This document shows, one piece after another, positions 13,756-26,917 of a DNA stretch of 64,000 bases. The notes beneath the pieces are model-generated. The model did not search any database. It saw nothing but the letters and a program-made list of their open reading frames with translations, and was not told the DNA's origin. The stretch's first letter is position 1. Every line of letters begins with the position of its first letter. The position numbers and the translations under genes were made by a program. This DNA is from Vicugna vicugna (lineage: Eukaryota): positions 5,787,149 through 5,851,148 of the forward strand of contig MU058213.1 of the NCBI GenBank assembly GCA_013265495.1, given 5' to 3'.

Positions 13756-14439
13756 ACTTTTTTCTTGTTTTCAAGACAGCCAGTGTACTAATACAACACT
13801 GGGTATAACTTAGTAGCATAATCTTTGAAACAAGGAGCCAAGGAAATAAACAGAATATTCTAATGAGAAAGTGGAAAAGCACAGCACACTGGACCCCTGA
13901 TGCTGGCCCTAACCCTCAGAACTCAAAAAATTCACTTAAAAAAAATACCTCTAGAGAACAGAACCCTGGAATTCTCAAAAAGGCTGTATATGATCATGAT
14001 CCCATGACTCCAGAAAAGTAAGTAAAACATAAAATAATCAGCCCCTCAAACTGTGACTTGAAGGGAAAAAAACAACACACTGGTCTCAGAGACAAGGAAA
14101 AAAGAAGTTACCCACATTACATCACAGAAAAACAACAGGACAGAGAAGAGCCACACAACCATGAACATGACATTGTCCAAACATATGACAGCACAACAAC
14201 AACAACAAAGCAAAAGACAAGATAACCCAATTGAGAAGGAAGCAAAAAACACTTGGAAACAATCCTGGACAAACTGTTAATTTTCTTCAATATAGCAACA
14301 TCATGGTTATATAGTAGGAAAAGAATCTGAATTTTTGGATATGCATTTTGAAGTATTTAGCAGTAAAGTGACATGCATAATTTTCATTGAAGTGATTCGT
14401 GACAGGTCAAAAATGAAAAGGGACACAAATTACTATCAG

Positions 14440-17390
14440 TTTCCACTTCTGACTATTATGGAGGAAAAGGGACTAACTTTAACCTACCACCATAAATAAT
14501 TAGAAAACTAGAAAAAATACATGGTAGGATAAACAAATGAGGTTAAGACATACAACTGGCCCAACTTACTACCTAAAAGGAGTTTCTAGGTCAATGTGCG
14601 GGGTGAAGGAACGTAAACAGAGGCTGCTGGTCTCACTCAATTGAGGAGCCAGATATCTGAGTTCAGAGAGGGCAGGCATTTAGAATTTGTGGGTCAGGGT
14701 ACCAAAGAAGAGGAAGCTACACAGAAAGGAAGCTCAGAGACCTGAGGAGGGATCCCCTTACATGTTTGGCTGAGTATAAATCTGATCGTGTGAGAGAATC
14801 AATTATCCCAGGCCAGAAAAATAAACCTCAAAGAAAGTAAGCAGAGGAATCTTCAAAGCTTATACAGAACTCGGAAATGTTCATATTCCCACCATCCAGA
14901 GAAGACACACCTGTAATACATGGAGCACTGGGTAAAGTCTTCAGAAAACCATCACCTCATTCATGGGGTAAAATTAGCCATAAACTAAAGGTTGTTCTGG
15001 ATCTACCATAACAAAGTTTAAAGGCCATCTTCCAAAGGATTCAACTAATTCCAAGTAGTTTAATTTTACACCAAAAAAAAAAAAAATCAAATCTGACAGT
15101 GTTTAAAGGAGACACAAAATCAAACACACAAAAATAGTAAAAATCAATGATGATCCATCCAATCAAAAATTGCTAGGGGGTGGGAAGGGACAAACTAGGA
15201 GTATGAAATTTGTAGATACTGACAGGCATATGCAGACTAGATAAACAAGATTATACTGTATAACACAGGGAAATATATACAAGATCTTATGGTAGTTCAC
15301 AGTGAGAAAAAATGCGACAATGAATAAATGTATGTTTCATGTATAACTGAAAAATTGTGCTCTACACTGGAAATTGACACAACATTGTAAAATGACTATA
15401 ACTCAATAAAAAAAATTTCTACACATGTAAAGAATCAGGAAAATATTTTTTTTTCTCCAATTACTAGAGGGAAAAAAAATCAGACATTTAAAACATAAAT
15501 AATAGAGATGGTGGAATTAGTATACAAACAAGTTAAAAATTATTATAAACACATTATAAGAACATTATAAAAACATACAAGAAAACAAACATGATGGGGA
15601 AAAGTGAAAGATACAATTCTAAGTCTACAGAGCCAAGAAACTCAACAAATCCTAAGCATCATAAATATAAAAGAAAATCACTTAGAGGCAAATCATGGGC
15701 AAATGGGTGAAATCTAGGGACAAAAAAACCTTAAAATCAGCTGTGGGTGGGTTAGGACCAATGGAGCTAGAGAAAAAGACATTACATACAGAGAACAAGG
15801 GTGTAAATGACAGCATAATTCTACATAAGTCAGAAGATAATTCAGCAACATGCTTAAAGTACAAGAAAAAAAATCTCAACCTAAGATTCTATACCCAGTG
15901 AAAATATCTTTCAAAAATGAAGATGAAAGAAAAAAAAGTAAAATGAACCCTTTTTCAGACATCAAAGCTGACAATTCATCACTAGTAGCCCTGCACTGCA
16001 GAAATGTTAAAGTTTTTCAGGCAGAAGGAATATACCAGCTGGAAATCTGTGTTGGCACAAAGAACAGTGCCAGAAATGATGAATATATGAGAAAATTTTA
16101 AAATTTCTTTTCTCATTTTTTAAATCTCTTTCAGAGTTAAGTGACTGTACTTAAAAAACACTATGTAGCATGGCATTTATGACGCACATACAATTAAAAT
16201 GTATGACAACAGAGCATGATGGAGGAGAGAAACAGAAGTATACTATACATCAAGTGGTATTTTATTTGAAGGTATACATTGATAAGTCACAAATGTATCC
16301 GGTACACCCAGGCACAACATCTAAAAATATATAATAAACAGGTATATTACATAAGCCAATAGCAGAGATAAAATGAAATCACTTTTTAAAGCAAATTAAT
16401 CTCAAAGAATGTAGGAAATGAGGAATAAAAAAAGACTATGAACAGAGGAACTAACAGAAAACAAGTAGTAGGATGGCAGTTTTAAACTCAGTCATATAAA
16501 TAATTACATTTAAAGTAAATGATCTAAACATAACAATTAAAAGACAAAGTAATTTTCTTATTTTTCGAAAAAGAAAATGTAAATACATGCTGTCTAAAAG
16601 ACACTTTAAACACATACAAAAAGATGAGTTAAAGTAAAAAAGGTGGGAAAAGTTATACCATCCAAACACTGATCCAAAAATAGCCTGGAGTGGCTGCAGT
16701 ATTATCAAAGTAAATTTCAAAACAAACAACCCCCCCAAAAAAAATCTGAGGGATAAAGACAGACATTTCATAATGCACCCAAAGGATGTAACAGTCCTAA
16801 ATGCATATCACATAACAGAGCTTCAAAGTGCATGAAGAAAAAGCTGACAGAAATGCAAGTAGACAAATCTGTAATTATAGTTGGAAATCAAAACAGTCTT
16901 CACTGAACAAGAAAAAAAAAATAAGGGTTGAACACTATCAAACAACTTGACCCGATTAACATTTACAAAATATTCCACCCAACAAAAGAATACATATTCT
17001 TTTCATGGGCACATGTAGTATGCACCAAGACAGACCTCAATTCTAGGTCTTGAAGTATGTTTCTATAAAATTTGAAAGGCTGAAATAATAGAGCATGTTT
17101 TCTTCCTACAGTGCAACTAAGTCAGCAGCAGAAACTTGGAAAAATCCCCAAACATTAGGAACTTAACACATTTCTTAGGGGCCCATGGGTCAAAAAATTA
17201 ACGAAAATGGAAATCAGAAAGTATTCTGAATTAGCTGCAAAGAGCACAAGGAACTTTATAGGCTGATGTAAATGTCCTATACTATTTTTACTATGGTAGT
17301 GGTTAGACAACTATATACATGTCTCAAAATTGTTGAATTTTATTGTATAGAAATTATACCTCAATAAAGCTATTTTCTAAAAATTTTAAA
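14440..17390 (+). mobile_element. Old, decayed LINE-1 (L1M-type), ORF1/ORF2 remnants
   Basis: A-rich plus strand. ORF 15850-16101 contains QPKILYPVKISFKNE (L1 ORF1 C-terminal motif). EN-region remnants at 16450-17200 and an L1M-type 3' end with AATAAA near 17363. Confidence 0.8.
15176..15410 (+). mobile_element. Younger L1 3'UTR fragment nested in the old L1
   Basis: Highly similar to the 3'UTR of the L1 at 2255-2470. Probable TSD aaaaatt(g/t)cta at 15165-15175 and 15411-15421. Confidence 0.85.
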
Positions 17391-19334
17391 GAAAAATGTT
17401 GAAACAAAGTGATAGGCATATAGGTGTTTGGCCTTTCTCTTACTGTTCCCTAAATTATAAACTTTTTCCAAAAATACAGTCCAGAATCAAAAACAAAAAC
17501 AATTCAAAATATTTCAACTTACCCTCCTTCAGGAAAATAAATAAAATCAACATATTCACCTCCAAGAAACTATTAAGCATCCTATAGTGGCTCATTATTC
17601 ATAAATAACTACTGGGGAATAAATAAATAACTACTGGGGAAATAAAAGATTAAATGGGGAAATTATTGGGGAAATAAAAGATTAAATAACAACCAGTAAT
17701 CACAAGCACCAAAAGAACATTGAGGGAACCAAACATCAAGGTAAAATATCAGCTGAGAAAGTAGCAACTAGACCATTTTGAAGAACTTCTTAGCAATACT
17801 GAAGGTACAACTTAACATTTAAGCTAAAAAGCTAAAAGAAAATCTGGGTGCCTACTATTCATCGCATGTTCAAGTAACAAATTTATTCATTAATTATTAC
17901 CACTAAGACTGGAAATTTGTGTTTGTGGATGTTTCAGTCCTTAACCAACAAAATTTTTTTCTGTGTACAACATTTTGCATTTTCCTCACGCACGGTATCC
18001 TGCTATTCAAACTGCATTTCAGGAACTAGCCACATGGGTATTTCCTGAAGAATTGTTAGCAGTACAGAATCTTGGGCTCTCCCCACATCTACTGATCCCA
18101 AAATGACTCAGGCTCTATTCAGTTGTACCTGATTACCAACATGATTTGCATACATATTCAAGTTTGAGAAACTCTGCAACTGTTCTGCATACAGAAATTC
18201 CCTAATTTTCACCAGCAGCTATATCCTTCTTTTTCTACATGTTTGCTTTAATCTAAGCATTTGACATTAAGTATATTAATAAGGCTACTTACCACCAGTG
18301 CTACCATTTAAGCAAGATATACCTTACTTGATGTCACAAGTAATGTACTGATTAGAAAATGTTCCTAAATGATATAAATAATAAATAAAGGCAAACTACA
18401 ATCCAAAGGCCAACTCGAAGTTGGTAACCTGTTTTTTCAACAGAGCTGTACATTTATTCATTTATGTATTTTCTATCACTATTTTCATACTACAAAGGCA
18501 GAGTTGAAAAGGCAGAGCATTGCAAAATAGATATCAAACCTACAGAAAGTTTACACAAGCACTCAATCTCATTAGTGTTGACTGGTTATAACCACCTTTT
18601 TTTTCCCACTGTTAACAGGAGTTCTAACCTGAGATCCATCTCTATAAGGGATTCACGAACCCATTGATTTTTGCATGAAAAATTCTAAGAATGTATGTGT
18701 GTGTATGTGTGTGTGTGTGTTTTTGCTGGCACTTTGATTCTGCTTTTCATACTTAACTCTTTTACTCATTTATTTATAATTTTATCTTTTTTAATAAATT
18801 TACTTAAACTAGGGCTATCAAGCCATGCTGAATAACAGTGAGTGAGAGCATTTTTACTTTGTTCCTGACTTTAATAAAAACATCTTTATTTTTCATCATA
18901 CAATTTATTCATAATATTACACTTAGGTTTTTTTTTCCCATTCCTACTTTAGAAATCTAGTATTTTAAAATTCACATGAAAATCTGTAAAAGAATGTGTT
19001 TAAAACAAACGTGTTTTTTAAAAAAAAAGCTTTACATTTCACATCTATAAATGGAAAAAATTAAAAACCCAAAACTATATATGCCTCCTTTATTTTAAAA
19101 ATGTATTCAATTCTTTAAATGTACAGATAGCTCGCTAGGTGCAAAACATAGCCTGACTGGATAAACTTCTTGTTTAAATATTTAACTAAACAATGTTATT
19201 GGGTGTAAACAATTACTAAAAAATTACTGGATGGAATGATAACTAAAATTTATTGAGCACTTGCTACAGCTTTTCATGTAATCCATTCAACTGACCTATA
19301 AAGTAAGAACTACTAGCCCATTTTAAAGAAAACT

Positions 19335-19445
19335 GGGTTGGGGTATAGCTCAATGGTAGAGTGTGTGCTCAGCATGCATGGGGTCCTGGGTTCAATTCCC
19401 AGTACCTCCATTAAAAAAAACCACTCAAAAAATTAAAATAAAGAA
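19335..19445 (+). mobile_element. tRNA-Ala-derived SINE (vic-1-like), inserted in a MIR
   Basis: gggtatagctcaatggtagag...agcatgcatggggtcctgggttcaattcccagtacctcca followed by an A-rich tail; A and B boxes present. Confidence 0.85.
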
Positions 19446-20954
19446 AATAGAATTGAGATCTATAACAAGTCCAAGGTCACACAGCAATTAGGTGACAGTG
19501 CCAAGGAGATAATTTTGGTTTCAATCTTCATGACTTTCTACAATAATTCTATTACCCTCATCATAAACAAGGTAAGTTACTGATTCACATTTTTGATATG
19601 ACTATAAAAAAAAACTTAAAAGAAAAAGTTATCTAAATATAGCATATAACAGGGATCTTTTAAACCAGTTTAAAACCTAAACTGACATCTACCTCTAAGA
19701 TGTGGAAAAACATGTAATGAAATAGCACAGAAAACTGTACTTCTTACACACACACACGCACACATATATATATATGCATGTATGTATGTATATCCTTGAT
19801 TTCCACAGCTAGTGATTGAAATTGGCACAGTTTACTCTGCAGGAGCCCATGCCAGCCTCCAACTTTTGCACTACTTAGCTCAGTCAGACACCACAAAATT
19901 GCCTGTTCCCACATGCAGAATCTGGACCTACTCAACTGAGATTTGTTCCTATACCTTAGCAGCCAGTCAAAAGCTCAAAAAAGTAGGGACAGAATGCAGC
20001 TCTAACACCAAATCTCAATGATGCAGTTAAATATTCATCCATCTCCCCAACCATATCTGAACAGACCCTGACCTCTGATCTACTCATATTTGTATCTTAT
20101 CTCCCATTTGTTACAGATCTCCTGATTCCCTAGTTCCAAGCTGCCTACTTGTCTACCCCAATTCCTAATCAGCTACCCTATTCCTGATCCCTGTTACTTG
20201 CTAGACTCTTCCAGGTTCCATCGTCCTATGAAAACATATGCCCTAATACTAACAATATCATTGCTTCTATAATAATAAGCATGAACCAAGAGAAATCATG
20301 AATCAAACAAAGGAACACCAGACACAAGTATGAATACAAGATTTTGTGCTTCTTACAAATCAAGATGCAAATCCTACAAAGGAAACCTGACCCAGAATCT
20401 ACAGATTTTTCCATAAACACTAAAGCATTCTCCATTGTGATCTCATTCAATTTCCATACTTCCCATACAATATTCTTTTACTTGAAGTATTACTCTATTA
20501 CTTGACAGTAATACTGGAACCCTCCCCACCTTTATCTTCCTCAAGACTATCCAGGTATTTCCAGAAGCAGGAGTATATACCATAATTACCCCCAAAATAT
20601 CTTGTGAAAAACACCAACCCTAGTGGAGAGCCCTGCCTCTCCGATGCCACTTTTGTACCACAAACACAAGCTTTAAACAACTAGGGGGAAATCTGTCATA
20701 ACTGTCTGAAAGATGTACACTACTGGCAAACTTCAGCAAGCATACATGTCTGCTCATCCAGAATCCAGATCTCCAGTGATGCTTCTGATTAGAGGAGCCT
20801 ACTTAAGAAGACTAGTTTACATGTCTGTGTCCTAGTTGCAAATGAAGGGCTGGGGAGTCTAAATTAGGGAGATGAAATTCTTAAGACTGAAAATGTGTCA
20901 AACAAAGCAAGGTTCAAAAGGTTCTAGACAGTCAAAAATCATAGCAAATTATTG

Positions 20955-21515
20955 GCCTCCACTCTTGCCCCACTACAGTCTTATTTTTCATACAGCAGCC
21001 AGAGTAATAACATTCAAGTAAAGTCATATCATGTCAGTCTTCTGCTCAAAACCTTCTCAAGTTTTCCTAACTGCTCAAAATCCTAACCATGGCTTACAAG
21101 GCTGACCACGGTCCTCATAAGGGGCTGCATTCTCTCACTCCACTCCCATATCTGTCTCACCTTATCTTCTGTCACTCTTCCCTTACTCTGCAGCCACATG
21201 AGCCTCAACATCTGTCCCTCTGCCTGGAACATCCTCCCTCAAAGAAGGGCTGGCTGCCACATTTCATTCAGATACCTACTCAATTTCTTCAAAAGCTTTC
21301 TTTGATCATGCTATCTAAAAGCCTATGTCCCTATCATACTCATTCCAACCCTGCTTTATCTTTCTTCACACTATTATTTATTGACATATCCCTCCACCAC
21401 TTGAACATAAGTTCCATAAGAACACGGACTTTGATTTGTTCAATGATGTACCCTCATTACCTAGAACAGAGTAAGAAAGAAAATAAATGCTCAATAAATG
21501 TTTGCCGTAAGAATT
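20955..21515 (+). mobile_element. L2 3' fragment
   Basis: Typical L2 motifs (cagcagccagagt, tctgctcaaaacc, tgcctggaac) ending tgctcaataaatgtttg. Confidence 0.7.
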
Positions 21516-21969
21516 AAGGAATCCACTCAATGTTCCATGGAAATATCCATTTTCATTTATATTTATAAAGAAAAAAAAACAGCCTGTACATTGCTGTTAA
21601 GAGAGCCATGCATCAATCATCAGGAAATGTGATCCTATGATACTCATCCAAGAAGTATCAGAATTTCTAATAGGTCTAGCATTTGCAAAGTGCAATGGGT
21701 TAAAAATAAATTTATTATAGATCTATTCACTAGATAAGGTTTTTAAAAATCTTCCACTGATGCTATGAGCACATTTCGGATACTGGTCTCTGCAATTACC
21801 CATGCAACTTTCAGCACCAATTTGCATGACTTTCGGGACAGTGCTGTAACTGTCATACTGCTGTTGCAACTAAGTTCTTCAGTAACCACGGAAGTACATA
21901 GTCAACATCTTACTTCATATTTTAACAGTTTAGCAAGCATTAGCTTTTATTTATAAGTAGAACTAAACT

Positions 21970-22175
21970 TCATAGGTTAGAATCCCAGCTCTGCCACTTA
22001 CTAGCTGAGTGATCTTGGACAAGTTACCTACCTCTTTGTGTCTCATTTTCCCTGTCTGTAAAATAAGTGAAACAGCAGTATCTGTACCTAATAATGTTGT
22101 TATATGGATTAAATGAATTAATGTGCTTAAAATAGTGTACAGTACCTAACAGGTAAGAATGCACTAAATTATGGC
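21970..22175 (+). mobile_element. MIR SINE (followed by an opposite-strand MIR piece at ~22195-22290)
   Basis: aatcccagctctgccacttactagctgagtgatcttggacaagttac MIR core. Confidence 0.8.
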
Positions 22176-24394
22176 TTAATTAATCAATGAATATATTACC
22201 TCACTTAACCCTCAAAACAACCATATATGACAAGTACAATTAATCTTAAGATGAGGCACAGAGAGGGCAAGTAACCTAACCAAGAGTACAAAACTTCCTT
22301 CTGTGATTCTAAATCTACCCCAAAATGAAAACGGGCTTTTTATAAAGTTTCATGTTAATAACACAGTAAAGTTTACAACTTTTATTGGACATAATCAGAT
22401 AATCATAAAGACATCTACATTTCCTTTTAGTCTAATTTTTGCAGGGAATGACAACTGCTAAGTTTTTAAAAAAATTTTTTAATAGGAACACGTAGTAGTT
22501 GAAAAATAGCAACTAAGTTTTTATACAGAAAATTCTAACCCATTCAACCTAATATTTTTAATCAATAGGGCATTAAAAAAAAAGCCTACGAATCAAGAGT
22601 AAATAAAATAAAACAATGAACAATGAAAAAAAAACAAATATTGTATTGTAGTCCCTGAATACGGACCTGGAACTTCTTTTATCACTCTGACATATTATCC
22701 AAGCAGGGCCAAATGAATCACAGGGAAGATACCAGGAAGGACTCAAAGGATGGCAACCTTTAATTCCTTTTCTCCCTTCTAGTAAGGAATATAATACTCA
22801 CTAAAGATGTTCTCATCATGTAAAGACCTTAACAATGGAGAAAACAGATCTGTTTTCTGACAATGATGAAAACAAAATACATTTAACCTAGAGTACAGTA
22901 AGATGGTAGTAATCTGACATCAAAGGAAAATGACAGGTTCCACTGAGGAAAATTCTAGATAATTGAAGTTTATTTATGTACCAAATATCTTTCCATTTGA
23001 AACAGTACTGGGTTTTACTTGTTTGTTTGTTTTTCTTTTCCTCTACTTTAGCATCTTCTTCAGCCAGGCTCATCCTTATTAAAATCTTTATCCTAAGAGG
23101 TCATAATGATGTGATAACCTCTAGGCTATTATGTTATTATGCCATTGTTCTTATATAAAATGCTCCATCCTGCAGTGTGGTTGTTCTGTCAATGTCTCTT
23201 TCTTTACTATTACTTTATCTATACATGAAAAGCATACCAACAGCATTTTACTTTCCAGTCCTTAGTTGTAGTTGCCAGGAATCTGACCTTCACAAAGCAC
23301 AAAATAAATTCACATGGTGCCTAGTACCTACAAGCTCCGTGGGAAATTTGAACATCCCCACACTTAAAAAGAAAAAACAATCTTCTTGGTTATGTAAGGA
23401 CAATGTCCTTAACCTTGTAAGATGCAAACTGAAGTATTTAAGGGTATGAACTTACTTTAGGAGTTCAGAAGAAAAAAAGAATATACATTAAGAGAGCTAA
23501 AACAAGTGTGGCAAACAATAACCATTAGTAAACTTAGGTGAAAAGTGTACAGATGTTCATTGGACTATATATACTACCAACCTTTTAGAAAATATAAAAG
23601 TTTTTAAGATAAAAAATTAGGAAAAAACATAGTATATCAAGCAAATGCTTACGTGTAAAACTGTAGAAAAATAATTAGATAGTACCTATAAGACGGAGAA
23701 AATAGGTAAGTTATTTTCACAGTTAAAAAGAAAAACTGGGGGGAAAAGTAAAGCAATACCAAAAAATCACCTACATACGTACATACAAGAATAATAGAAA
23801 AATGACCAGCAGAAAACAGAAAAAAATAGAACTTGGTCTCCTTGCCACTGGAGAGCTCAGGAGGTCTCTTTTTTTTTTTATAATTCGAGAAAAGCATTTT
23901 ATTTCCTGTAACTTTTTCCAAAGACACCAGGATACTGGTATTTACTAAAGGTAATCTGCCATTAAAAAATGGGGTTTTTTTCCCAATGTCTTTTGTGATT
24001 ACTTGATTACACAATTACATAAGCGATTACTTTTCCAATAAGTACTTTTGTAAAAGACATAACCTATATCTCACCATTCAGAGATTTATTACCCGTCCTC
24101 AGCTTTTAAAAAAATGAATGTATAAATTTATCTAAGACAAAATTGAAACGGCATTGTGCATAAAATGTTTCTGTAAGCTGCTCCTCCTCTCTTAGTTGTA
24201 AGCACTTCCTAACAACAAAAACAAAAACAAAACAAAAAACCTTGCAAAGAACTTGACTGACCAAAAGTCAAATGGGTCAAATACTGTAAGTATAAAGAGC
24301 CTAAATCATGCTCTGATTGTAAAAGGATCCAAGCTTCGTACAGAAGTAGAGTCTAACAACCTCATTATATTTTTTAAAGCATATGTTTCTTAGA

Positions 24395-24660
24395 GGCAGT
24401 TAAGTTTTTAAGAGCATGAATTCTGGAGCCAGACTGAATACATTCAAATCATGGCTTCCCCAATTAATAGCTAAAGGACTTTTCTGACCTTGAATACGTT
24501 ACCCTCCCTGATCCTATTCCCACATTTATAAAATGAGAGTAACAGAACCCTACAGAGATATTGTGAAATTGGAGTTAATACACCAAATGCCCTAACCCAG
24601 GTTAATCAATCTGGAAACCTGGAATATAATGAGTATGCCCTAAATGCTAGCCATTATGAT
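24395..24660 (+). mobile_element. MIR SINE
   Basis: aagagcatgaattctggagccagactg...ttataaaatgagagtaacag, MIR-like. Confidence 0.6.
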
Positions 24661-25595
24661 TATTTTCTATATGCCATGGGTAGATAGCATCTTACTTCCC
24701 AAGAATGCTTGCAAACAAAAGCTTCCTTCCTAACTCCTAAATCTAAAGCCTACAATCTTCTGTCCCAATCTAAATTAAATATAACAGGGCAAAAAACACA
24801 GAATGAAAATTTCATTAACATCAGAGGAGAAAAGACAATGAGTACACCTTACTGACGGTGGGTCAGGATCATCTTTGTGTGGGATAGCAGTATTGTATAA
24901 GAAACAAATTTAATTTTTTTTCCTATTCATATGAAAGAAAGTTGATCATACAATCTTATGAATAGAGGAAGAAAATCTGCAAAAATCTTTTGACATTACA
25001 GATCTCCCTACTGACAGAAAAACTCAATTACAATAAATGAGAGAATGCGTAAGAATAAGCTAAGGCTGGCACAATTCCCGTTTCTCAGAAAAATTACTTG
25101 TAATCAAGGTGTTTTGTACAGCCTTTTCACTTGCATAATTTTAAAATCAGATACCAAGAGCATTTTCTCCAACATAAATGTGTATTTCCTTCCTAAGGAA
25201 CTTGAGTCATCAACCATGTCTTAGGCATCACACTGTGTTGACCAATGCTTCTTACATTTATGTATTCACTCTGATCTTAAAGCACTAAATACCACGAAGA
25301 AAGCTGTTCTCTTGTATGACAAAGGTAGATTTCGAGGAACAATCTTGTCTTACATTTCAGCAACATACTTAAGTGCCTTTACTGCAGTCTTGGAAAAGCA
25401 ACTTCTACAATGTGACTTCAAACCTAGCTACATTATCTATTTCTTCACTAGAAACTAGTCAAATTATTTTCTACAAATATCTACACCTAAGAGCTACAAA
25501 AGAAAGTTCTAGATAGGAGGGTGTCTACAATTATATGCATATTCCAACACACCCACTTTTTCAGACAAGCTAGTCTCTAAGAATTAAAAATAATA

Positions 25596-25768
25596 GTGGG
25601 AAGGGTATAGCTCAAGTGGTAGAGTGCATGCTTAGCATGCATGAGGTCCTGGGTTCAATCCCCAGTACCTCTTCTAAAAATAAATAAATGAGTAAACCTA
25701 ATTACCTCCCCCATAAAAAATAAATAAAATTAAAAACAAAGTTTAAAAAAATGTTGCTTAAAAAATAT
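25596..25768 (+). mobile_element. tRNA-Ala-derived SINE (vic-1-like), full length with TSD
   Basis: Head nearly identical to tRNA-Ala(AGC): gggtatagctcaagtggtagagtgcatgcttagcatgcatgaggtcctgggttcaatccccagtacctc. Body aaacctaattacctcccc. TSD TTAAAAATAATA at 25584-25595 and 25769-25780. Confidence 0.92.
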
Positions 25769-26044
25769 TTAAAAATAATAAAGCTAGCTGGCTCAAAGTG
25801 AAATAATAAACTATAAATTATAAACTAAATCAATCACAAAAGACATAAAACATCAATTTAATACTGAATATATTAAATTTCAACCACTTACAAAATATAT
25901 ATTAAAAATCCAAAAGTGGAAACATGTACATAATTTAGATTTCCATGCTGATGTGAAACACCTTTACACCATTTCAAGTAAGTGCAGACACAAGTACAGA
26001 CAGTAGTGACCCACATAAAGGACTGTAACTTTCAACCCATCTAA

Positions 26045-26068
26045 CACACACACACACACACACACACA
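26045..26068. repeat. (CA)12 microsatellite
   Basis: Direct read. Confidence 0.95.
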
Positions 26069-26756
26069 AAATGGCTCTAGTCACTACCCCAATGTTGATA
26101 TTTATCTATCCCACATCCTGCAGTATATCCTAAACCCTTCTCCCATATTACACCTCAAACCATCTGCCTCTGCCTCTCTCCAGGAAATCCGGATGTGTAA
26201 ATAAAACAATTCTGCTAAAGGTGTTACAGATGACAATAAGGGGAGAGAGGGATGGAGTTATGAGAAAGATATGAAGTCTGAGGACTTCTGAATGATAATT
26301 TTGAAGAAAATAAATTGTGAAAAGTTGAAGCTGAGTAGAACTAATTCTGAAGACAGATTTGCAGAGTAAGTTGCTGGTTAAGTGCCTTAAAATATCTTTC
26401 CCCACAGAAACTAAAATCCTTCTAATCCAGGACTCTTCTGGGTTAATAAGCAACTGGTTTGGTCTGGTTTTGAGATAATCCTCATGGGCCATCATTCAAT
26501 CACTTTTGTAAATTAACAGAATCGGATATTCTTCCCAAACACAAACTCAAAGATGAAGAGAAGAATGGGCAGCCGTGGAAATTAAATTTTTTATAACTGC
26601 CGTGCATAAAGCACTGGAAGAGGAAGGCTTCAACAGGATAAGAAATGGGAAGCTTATAAAACTTGAGTAATCAATTAAGACAGCAAGCTGTGGGAAATAA
26701 CAACAACAACAAAAACGACAAAGAAGACAACTACAACAGACAAATCTCTGCTAGGG

Positions 26757-26917
26757 CAGGGATTCTCAACCTCAACACGACACAATTTTGGCCAGACAGT
26801 TCTTTGTTGCTGGGGGGCTGTCCTAAGCATTGTAAGATGTTTAACAGTACCTCTGGCCTCTACCCACCACATGCTAGTAAGCATCCCTCCAGCTGTGACA
26901 ACCAGAACTATCTCTAG
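26757..26917 (+). mobile_element. MER20-like hAT-Charlie fragment
   Basis: cagggattctcaacctc...gggggctgtcctaagcattgtaagatgtttaacagtacctctggcctctacccac...gtgacaacca, the MER20 signature. Confidence 0.75.

Noticed and set aside
18293..18347. Cryptic 55-nt ADAM10 exon (minus strand, GTG|GTAAGT donor)
   Set aside because: Poor pyrimidine tract; consistent with background pseudo-exon frequency.
25600..25672. tRNA-Ala gene
   Set aside because: It is followed by a SINE body and A-rich tail and flanked by TSDs, and four diverged copies occur in the window. It is a SINE, not a tRNA gene.
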